Both the position numbers and the translations under genes were made by a program. Below the pieces are notes generated by a model. That model did no database searches, was not told where the DNA came from, and saw nothing but the letters and a program-made list of their open reading frames with translations. From Moniliella sp. 'wahieum' (lineage: Eukaryota): a DNA stretch of 64,000 bases. Positions 55,324 through 64,000 of the stretch are shown in pieces. Positions within the stretch are counted from its first letter, which is position 1, and every line of letters begins with the position of its first letter. Location: contig RSEE01000006.1 in the NCBI GenBank assembly GCA_003971905.1, positions 1,054,001 through 1,118,000 on the forward strand, written 5' to 3'.

Positions 55324-56096
55324 GACGCACCAGGGGGCGGAGGCAAAAGAAGGTGGGGGAGAAGGGCGACGGGCGGGGGAGGGGGGGAGGGGGGGTGGTG
55401 GTGGCGAGGATGGAGGAGGTGGTGGTGCGGGTGCGGCGGGGTAAGCAGCAGCTGGCACGCCGAACACTCCAGCTACGCCCAGGGCCCCAGGGCGCACCTG
55501 CGCCGACACAGGCGCTGCGCCGGGCAGCACGCCAGCCACATGCGGGCAGCGCGGAGGCGGTGTGGGCGCACACTGGGGGCTGCGGGGGCACTGGCCGATC
55601 ATCGATCACATCCCGGGGTGCTGCTGCCGCAGAGTCGTCGTCGTCTGGCGCCAGCACTGGCGCCCAGCGTGTGGCGCACTGCGTTCTATCCTCAACGCGT
55701 GCGTCAATTGAACATTCAACCACTGCATGCTCCGCTCCGGACAGCCCCACGCACCACGCCGCCCTGGGCCGCACAACCCTAGTGCTCCAACCAGGCGGTG
55801 GGGGTGCGGATCCGCTCGCATGGCACACGAGCAGCAACCACCCCAGCTCACTCAGCTCAGTCAGCCCGTCCATCCAGTAGTCGCCCCTCGACACCCACCA
55901 CCATAGGCAGATGTCGACGCCCAACACCACACCCATCGTGTCTACACGCTCCGCGGGCTAAATTCAGAGGCCTAAGCTGTGTATGCTTCATATGCAGCCC
56001 AAGAGGATGAACAGGGCAGGGAGAAACAGTAACATGGCGTGCGAAAGGAAAGGAAGGGATGGAATAGGGGGCCAAATTGGCCACGCGCAGACTGGC

Positions 56097-59000
56097 TTAG
56101 AGGTCGTCCAGCTCGTCGGCCGAGTCGTACGTGCCAGCCTTCTTCTTGGCCAGACGGTCCTTCTTGGTCTTGCGCGCCTCCTTGGAGCTGAGCGCCTTCT
56201 TCTTCTTGACCACCTCAATCTTGTTGCCCATCGCATCAAACTTCTCCTCCTCCTCGTCCTTCTTCTTGTCGATCCGCGGGCCCGAGCCCTGGCCCTCGAC
56301 CCAGTTGTGGCCCGACGCACGCAGCGCAGCACACCGCCGTCCATCGCCCAGACCTCCGAGCACACCCCCTCCGACACCTCGATCGAGTGGGTGATCAGGC
56401 ACACACCACCGTCGAATACCTTGAGCGCGTTAATGAGCGCAGCAAGCGACTCACGGTCCAAGAAGTTGGAAGGCTCATCCAGAATGATAATGTGAGGACG
56501 ACGCCAGGTAGCCCGCCAGGACCACCTTGACCTTTTGGCCACCGGACAGACCGCGCATCGTGTTGTGCGACGTAAACTCGCGCTCCAGACCAAAGTCCTC
56601 AAAGTGCTGTCAATCTCCTTGCGGACCAGCGGGCGGTTCATACCGAGGCGCTGCGCCTCCTTCGAGTCAAACTCGAGCACCTTCTTCTCAACCCACCACG
56701 CTTGATCACTCGTCACGCGGAATCCACACATTGTCGGCCGATGACATGTTCTTGAACACCTCGTATTGGAACGAGTTCTTCAACTTCTTACGACCGACAA
56801 TCGACTCAATCAGGCGCTTGACACCCTCAACAATGTACACCTCACCCTGCTTCTGCATCTTCTTCTCCTCCTCCGAGAGCTCCTTGGACGAGTTCTTGAG
56901 GAACTCTTCCAGGTCCTCACCGGTCTGGTACCGCCACCGCATGCATGTACTCCAGAGGCGTCTTGTCCAGGTGCTGGTCATATGGTGAAGGCGTGTTGGG
57001 CAACATAGCCAATGACCAAGTTGGGGTTCTCACACCTCACCCGTCGCAGCCTCCGTGTCACCACCATGAGCTTGACCAGCGTCGACTTGCCCGAACCGTT
57101 GGGGCCGAGAATAGCCACCCGGACGAGAGCGAGACCTGCATTGAGATACCGAGCAGCTGGGGCTTGGGCGTGCCGGGGTACTGGAACGTCACGTCACGCA
57201 TCTTGAGCAGACTTTTCCTTCGTCTTGACACCGTCCAGCAGCGGGGGCTCGGGGAACTTGAACGAGTAGTCCTCGCCCGAGTTGATCTCGACGTACGACC
57301 GCGCCTCGGGGACACGCTTGACAAACGCGTCGAGGTTGCCGGGATAGCGCTTGATCTTGAAGCGGTTGAGATGGAGAATGTCCGTGGTGACATTGTTGAG
57401 GAACTTGGAGTCGTGCGAGACAATGATCGAGGTGGTCTGGGTGAGGCTGTTGAGGTAGTCGGTGATCCACTTGACGTTGACCACGTCCAAGTGGTTCGTC
57501 GGCTCGTCGAGCAGCAGAATGTCAGCCTTGAAGAGGATAGCACGCGCCAGCGCCAGCTTCATCTTCCAACCACCCGACAAACCGGCCACAGGCGAGTCCT
57601 GGCGCTCCTGGTCAAAGCCCATCTCGTTGAGCGTCTTGGACGCCTCCTCCTTGGTGATCTGTAGGCGCTGGTCGGCAACAATGAAATCGACCACCGAGAT
57701 GGTACCCTCGGAACCGTCAAGGTCGTGCTCGACGTACCACGTCTTGACCTCCTCGGGCGAGGGGAAGCCCTCCACCTGGCCGTTCTGGATGGCGCGCATC
57801 AGCGTCGACTTTCCGGAACCGTTGCGGCCCAGCAGACCGTAGCGGTGGCCGCGCTTCAGACGAGGGTGGCCGTGTTGAGCAGAATCTTGGCACCGTAGGC
57901 AAGCGAGAACTGGCAGTTCAAAGGTCGACACCCTCCTCCTCATCGTCAAAGACCTCAACCTCGCCGCCGAACGACTTGGCGAGAGCCTTGAGGAGCGACA
58001 TGATAATCTCGTGCGACGTCGTCTTGGTAGCCTTCTTGTCGAGTTGGATGTACGAGTGAGGGCTGCCTCCCATCGGACGGCTCAAACTCACGTGCATTGG
58101 TCAGGTTGGCCGTGAGGGTGGCAACGTAGGCAATCAGTGCCTTGTCCGAGTCGAGCTTCTTCTCGGCAAACTGCTCCGTGACCAACTTGAGCACGGTCGG
58201 GAAGTCCACATCCTCCAGCGGCTTGATGTCCGAGCCGTCGCCCGAAACGTGGCCAATGTCACGCAACGTCTTGATGGCGCGCTGCACGACGGAGCGAGCC
58301 TCGGGGTCAGCCATCGTCGACTCGACCTTAATCAAGCCGGGGAGAAGTTGGGCAAGAAGGGGCGGACGTACGCTCGTTGTCGACGAGCTTGGCCATGTTG
58401 TCAATGATCACGGCCACCTTACGCTTGATGGGCGTAGGGCGCTCGTTCAACCCACGCTGGAAGAGGCGCCATGAGAGCAAGCGTGGGCGAGTCGACCTCC
58501 TGGACAAAGGTGGTGGCCGAAAGCACGCCAATGGTCTTTGGCACCTCCTCGACGGGGAAGATGAGCGACTTGATCAAGCAGGGATGAAACGCTCAATGTC
58601 CTTGTTGGAGATGAGCGAGCAAAGGTCCGTCAGCGCAGCGCGCGACGCCTTCTGCACGTCGGGCTTGGTGTCCCAAATGACCTCCGACATGACGGGGATA
58701 ATGTCGGGCATGGCGGCAGCAATGCGGTCCGGGCTCGACTTGACGAGCTGAAGGAGGACCTTGACGAGACCCGTCTTGACTTGCCACTTGCCAGCGGTGC
58801 GGATCTGGTCGAGAGACGTTCAGAGCCTGAGGAACGGCCCAGGAGCTGTGGACGGAGGAGAAGGCGATGAGGGCGTTGGTGGCCGCCTCGCGGACGGCCT
58901 TGTCCTTGTCGCCCATAGCGTCCACCAGCGCACGGTAGGTCGCCGGGAACATGTACACCTCCGCGTCCTTGCCTGCGCCATCGTCGCAGATGGCCTTGAC

Positions 59001-59164
59001 GAGAGCAGCGGCACCAGCACGCTTGGCCGCGTCCTTCTTGTCGGCCAGGCCCTTCTGGACCAGGTCAGGGAGACCAGCCAGCGCCTTGGGGCCCTCGGCC
59101 TTGGCGGCAGCGACGAGCGCCTGCACAGCAGACGAGTCGGAAAAGCGCCTCGTTGACGGACGAT
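56097..59164 (-). CDS. YEF3: Fungal translation elongation factor 3 (ABCF, HEAT domain plus two ABC domains), many frameshifts
   Basis: HEAT region [115 protein letters not shown]. Confidence 0.97.
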
Positions 59165-60760
59165 GATGGTCTGGGCAGAGGAGGTCAGCGCGGGAGGCGA
59201 AGGAGGGGCTGGGGGCATGCACGTACAGACGGTACGAACGGCTCCAACTGACGGAGCAGCGGTGGTGGCGGGAAGAGCAACGGTGGCAGCGACGCGGACA
59301 CTTTTATTCGTAACCTGCCGCAGCGGGGGGCAGACACTTGCGCGGTGCAGGGAGGGAAAAAAACCTCGGCGCCACCACACACTCGCCCCGTGCCGCCCCA
59401 CTTTCCACGGCCAATGTTCAATGTTCAGCCTGCAACATTTCACTTTCACGGCCCGCTTCGCCCGCCGCCGGCTTCCGCCCCAGCCGCCGGGACAGTGGGG
59501 CGCAGGCGCAGGCAAGGGCAGCCTCGTTTCGAGCATACTAGGGTGGCCTTAGATGGCCCTGTCGGCCGCAAGCTTGCACCGATCGCTGCCCCCCATCCAT
59601 CTCTGCCACCCGCACGTCCCTCCTCACGCTGGACCCATAGTTAGTGGCTGGATTGAACAGAAGCAGTAACCCTCCCAAGGTGGGCCTTATCCTGAGCAGC
59701 TGGGAAACGCACCCTGTTGTGCTTGTTGAAGTGGGAGCATCATGCAGTCAGGGTGCAAGAAAACTTGTTTCCACACCGCAACCATCCCCCGCGCCACGTG
59801 CAGCGTTGCGTCGTCCTTAACTGAGATGCGCCATACTCAGTCGCCAGCCGTAGACGACGAGAATGTCCCCCACATCGTCCTCGTCCCGGACCTCTCACCG
59901 GGAACCCAGCCCGGGTGTCTGGGTCACAGGGCAGCTTCGACCGTGGTGGAAACGTCATCGCTGTATCGACCACTACATTCAACAGATAGTCGGCCTTATC
60001 CTGGCACTCCGGTGGCCACCCTATTATACTCCCCCTTTACAGCTGCTTGCAGGACAAACCATGCGTCAAACCTGTAGATGACACCATGGCAAAGAGGTGC
60101 TAGCCTCACATGCCTTCGCCTCAACCACGGAAGCAAGGGACACAGGTGCAGTGAAAGTGGAGTTACTAGAGTTGGGTTAAGGCACGGGGGCTTCGCTGGA
60201 TTGACAGCATTACGTACCGCGAGAGCGGCGAAAGGCATGCTTGACATGGTGGGTTGGTACGGATGCAGAAAAGTACGAAGGCATCACAAACGATGGCAAA
60301 TATAAGCGCAGGCTTCGTGTGTGCAATCATTGATTCCTTGGTATCTATTATTGAAGCGAAGATGGAGACCATTGCAGCAATGACTTCGAGATGGCGTGCA
60401 CGGCTCGTACCCGCAGCTACGGCAACTTTGCACTTCGGGAGAAATTACGAGAGAGCGCACTCGAGCAACGAGCGCATCTCCACATCATGAGACGTTCATC
60501 CGTGTGTATATAATCCTCTACTATAGGCGCACTCATCGGTAACCGATTCGGACCCGAGTGACATGTGGTGCCAGAAACTCCTGACCTACTGTGAGGTTGC
60601 CATTGGGGCCTCTTTAGGAGGTGCACAAGCTGAAGGAAACGCCGCAGGTGAGCGAAGCGTCCCCTTTTGACGCTGTCTTTAAACTTTGTAGACGGCATGC
60701 TCTGGGGAAATAGGGGAAGCAACAGGCTGTGGGATGTAGTTGTGTGGCCCAATCAAAAAA

Positions 60761-60858
60761 GGGGTCCGCCCGGGATCGAACCGAGGACCACCTCTACGAG
60801 TCTTTCCTCCTAAAGAGGAACACCCTAAAGAGGCATGATACCACTACACCACGAACCC
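60761..60858 (-). tRNA. tRNA-Pro(AGG) with 26-nt intron (60797-60822)
   Basis: Acceptor stem GGGTTCG/CGGACCC; anticodon arm CCTCT-TTAGGG|T-AGAGG; T arm CTCGG-TTCGATC-CCGGG; TTTTTT terminator. Confidence 0.93.
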
Positions 60859-61143
60859 TCGATGCTGAAAGGTAGAGTCATTCTACATCAGAAGGGTGCC
60901 CACAAAACAGACCCTTCTGTACAGCTCCCAATGGTCCTGAAAATGATACACTGGATCTTGTTCCAATGCAGACATACGACCCTTGGAAGAACTCCAGGGG
61001 GGTTATCGGTATCGATTATCGATTTCTCGCTCTACTCAACGAGCCCAAGAGCGCTTGGGTCTGCTTTTGTTGGGCTCATCGATACTCACTTGCATATGCA
61101 CGCAGTACTCACTAGCTCACTTACAGCTTGCACTCACAACACA

Positions 61144-61370
61144 TTAGACATCAGATCTCAGACATCAGATCTCAGATCTCAGATCTCAGACCGAGATCTC
61201 AGTCTCAGATGAATATACCCCTTTTTGCCTCCTGTGTCTTCAAGCTCCAATCGTCACATATGGACGTTTCAGGCCTATCAGGCCCAGGCCGGTCGGGTCC
61301 ATATCGCGTACCTTGTGCTTCAAGTCAAGCTTCAAACTTCAAGGTTCAAGGTTCAAGGTTCAAGGTTCAA
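61144..61370. repeat. 7-bp-period arrays (TCAGATC)n and (TCAAGGT/TCAAGCT)n
   Basis: TCAGATC TCAGACA TCAGATC x3 from 61151; TCAAGCT TCAAACT TCAAGGT x4 at 61325-61366. Confidence 0.9.
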
Positions 61371-62070
61371 AACGATATGCACGTTATGCAGTTACTATAG
61401 TTGCTAGGTTTGGCGTTCCTGCGGTTTTCAGAGACCCCATGAGGAGGGCCGCACGTTACGCGTTATGCGTCCCCCTGTCGGACGTTCCGCACCCGACTCA
61501 TGCATCCTGGCGGAGAGCAAAAGGGGTGAGCCGGTGAGGCCTGAGACCGGTGAGGTGCGTTGGAGAGCGTGTGCCCAGCCTCGCTCGCACCGGCACCAAG
61601 CAAAGGGCCACCCAAGGCCACGCACCCAAACAGGCCGGAGGGGGTTGAACACGTTGAACACGTTGAACGGTGAACGTTCGCTGATCGAGTGTGGAGATGG
61701 ATGGATTGATCGATCGCAGTCATCGCAGTCGCACCCCACACAGCCTTGGCCTATCGCAGAACAATAGGGGGCAATCGCACTGACCGTCCCTTGTTGCACG
61801 AGTCACGCGCCCCCCCCCCCCCCCCCCTGTTTATTGGCATCTCCTAGAGCAGCCTGCCGCTCGCCCTTCCCCTCTTCTCCTCCTCCACACCGACAGAGAT
61901 GCTCAACCTCCGGACCAAGACGGCGACACTGGGCTCCGGCTGAGCTGAGCGTCATCGTCAGGCTGAGCGCTGACTAGCTGGCTCCAAACAAATCGGCCTT
62001 GCTGTATGTACTGACGTTTACCGGAGTACTGACTCCGTCCTCCGTCCCAGTGTGGAAGACGATCATTAAT

Positions 62071-62112
62071 TCAGGCATCATGCATCATGCATCATGCATC
62101 ACTAGTCACTGA
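62071..62112. promoter_or_regulatory. Mixed TCA-N4 heptamer array, candidate cis element
   Basis: TCAGGCA TCATGCA TCATGCA TCATGCA TCACTAG TCACTGA upstream of a gene. The array is seen directly; regulatory function is inferred. Confidence 0.5.
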
Positions 62113-62576
62113 TTGTTGAGCGTTAAACGTTAAGTACGTTATAAGCATTGCGGATCACCGATGGTATCGTCGCTCATGCATCGTCAGGGCTTGAGGCGTC
62201 CGTTTGGGCTGCTCGTGGCGTCTGATATACATACCCCCGGCCTATCGCAACACCAGACCAGTGCCTCTCTGTGTGAGATCACTCGCAAACGTGCATACCT
62301 CGATAGTCGATAACCGCATCGCCAGAGTAATCCACCGTTCCTGGCACACCAGAATTCTTCGGGCAGCCCACCACCATCTGTCCCCCCTCCACGGCCATCG
62401 ACCAGCCATCTATCGATCCTCTGTTGGCCGCCGAGCCCCGCGCCCCACCACACCCCCCTGTTGTGGCTGTCTTATCCTCCGAAGTTCTCGCTGAGGCTGT
62501 GGGTGCACCCACCATCATCATATTGTTCTGCAGTATTACAAGTACCCGGCGTGTCACCTCAGCTCAGCACTCTGCC

Positions 62577-63937
62577 ATGTCTCGTGCGTATCCCCAGCTC
62601 CCAGCCCAACAGAGCTACCACCTCACTCCACCTGCTTACCATCTTGTTGTGTCTCTTCCGCCTGCCCTGCCATCGCCCTTCCCTGGTTGATTCGCCATCA
62701 CCGCCATCATGCTCTCCCTCACCCACCTGCTCTTGCATCAACCCACAGGCGCGCAGCTGGCCCATCCAGCCCCCTTCTCGTCTGCCCCCCGTGCCTGTTT
62801 CCGCCCCAGCTTTCATACCTACTCTGCCTCGTCCGACCTCAACAGCGCCGCACTTGACAGCGTTGCCCTCGACAACCTCTGGAGCGATGGCGACGAAGAT
62901 GAGGACGACGATGATGACGACTGGCTCCCTTCTCCGGCATCCACCTTACCCTCCGTGTCCTCTCACAGGCCTTACCGCCTCGACAATGGCTCCATCCGCC
63001 ACCTTCCCATCCCACTTGAACAGGATGCCCGCGTCCTCCTCGGCCAACCAATCTTCCTCCCCGATAAGGATGGATTGATCAAGCGACGCATTGTGGTTGG
63101 CCTCGCCGACTCGGATGCGGAAGAAGAGAGAGAAGCGGGTACGAAGCCTTGCCCAAAGCCACCCAATCCCTTGCACTGTACTGACCTTACTTTTCTGTAT
63201 CCAGAACTGTCGAGCGACGACGGTGAGTCAATCAACAAGAGTCCTGTTCCTGTGTATACGCACCAACGCCGACTCCATACCCTCGATGCTCTCTTTGTGC
63301 AGACCAACCAGACTACAGATGAGTCGACGTGGTGCGCCAGCGCACCGCGAAACGAGGATCAGCTCTTTTCCCTTGCTGTGCCGGTCTTCAATATGACCAG
63401 TCTCACCGAGTCGGATTTGGCGGATGGGATCCGCACCCAGCTGGAGCAAGACCAGCTGGAAGATGGCGAAGAGGAAAAGACGTTTGTCTACATCCAAGCC
63501 CGCAGTCCACGTCCTGTCGCCGGGAATGTGGACAGTGCTTCCGTTGCCGGCGGCTGGCCTCCGACCTTGCGCCACCACATGATCCAGTCCATCATGGGCT
63601 TCGTGAACGACTTCCCCAGCCCGAATCGGCCAACTTGGCCATCATCATCGATCCCGATACGCCGAGGGATGGGTTTGTAACTCTTCTCTACCTGTGCTCG
63701 GACGACGATCCTCACGTGGCCGAAGAAAGCGGGCGTCTAGCCAGCTTGGGCATTACCGAGGGCCTCGACGCGTTTGTACGAGAAGGGGTGCGGGTCAAGG
63801 CGGACGAGGCATGGGTAGCAATCAGTACGGCGGGTTTCAATGGCACGATGGACGAGGCTGTGGAGCCACATGCGCAGCAACTGGCTCCTTGGGCGTCTCC
63901 CTTTGGAGTACAGGATGTGCACCAGCACCTGCCTTAA
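62577..63937 (+). CDS. Hypothetical protein (acidic tract; frameshifts at about 62690 and 63625)
   Basis: ORF 62709-63680 continues into 63329-63937 (FVNDFPSP|ESANLAIIIDPDTPRDGFVTLLYL..GVRVKADEAWVAIS). Globular composition; no family recognised. Confidence 0.65.
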
Positions 63938-64000
63938 TTCCTCTCTCTCCTCTCCTCTTCTCGCCTTCCCTTTATTTCTTTCGCGCCTCCAATCTCTTGG

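Noticed and set aside
56097..59164. eEF3 and other genes as pseudogenes or programmed-frameshift genes
   Set aside because: Indels are spread over all essential genes while motifs stay intact, as expected for assembly error.
59740..60750. Short ORFs between eEF3 and tRNA-Pro
   Set aside because: No recognisable motif or consistent coding strand.

Overview
GC-rich fungal genomic DNA, probably basidiomycete and possibly Ustilaginomycotina. Support: eEF3, short GT..AG introns with CTRAC branch points, intron-containing tRNAs. About 20 protein genes: HSF-type factor, LIM-RhoGAP (LRG1-like), mitoferrin MRS3/4, ABZ2-like PLP enzyme, Rrn10-like protein, RPE1, GPR1/FUN34 transporter, CHMP7, mitochondrial MetRS, RIB3, Usp-domain protein, PHO88/SND3, bHLH factor, SUR2, MRP21, eEF3 and several orphans. 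There are also tRNA-Gln(CTG) and tRNA-Pro(AGG). Nearly all conserved genes carry small frameshifts, most likely unpolished long-read errors, so CDS limits are approximate. The most striking unexplained signal is non-coding. Almost every 5'/promoter intergenic region holds short 7-bp-period arrays of TCA (sometimes TTA) plus a variable, mostly self-complementary 4-mer (GATC, TGCA, TCGA, AGCT, CTAG, GGCC, ACGT, CGCG, ATAT). The TCA phase is kept while the 4-mer changes, and the arrays appear absent from convergent 3' intergenic regions. Other oddities: a tRNA-Pro intron duplicating its own anticodon arm, conserved domains split by long insertions, and an accessory-looking island at about 35.9-39.6 kb. 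All calls are by eye; no database searches were run.
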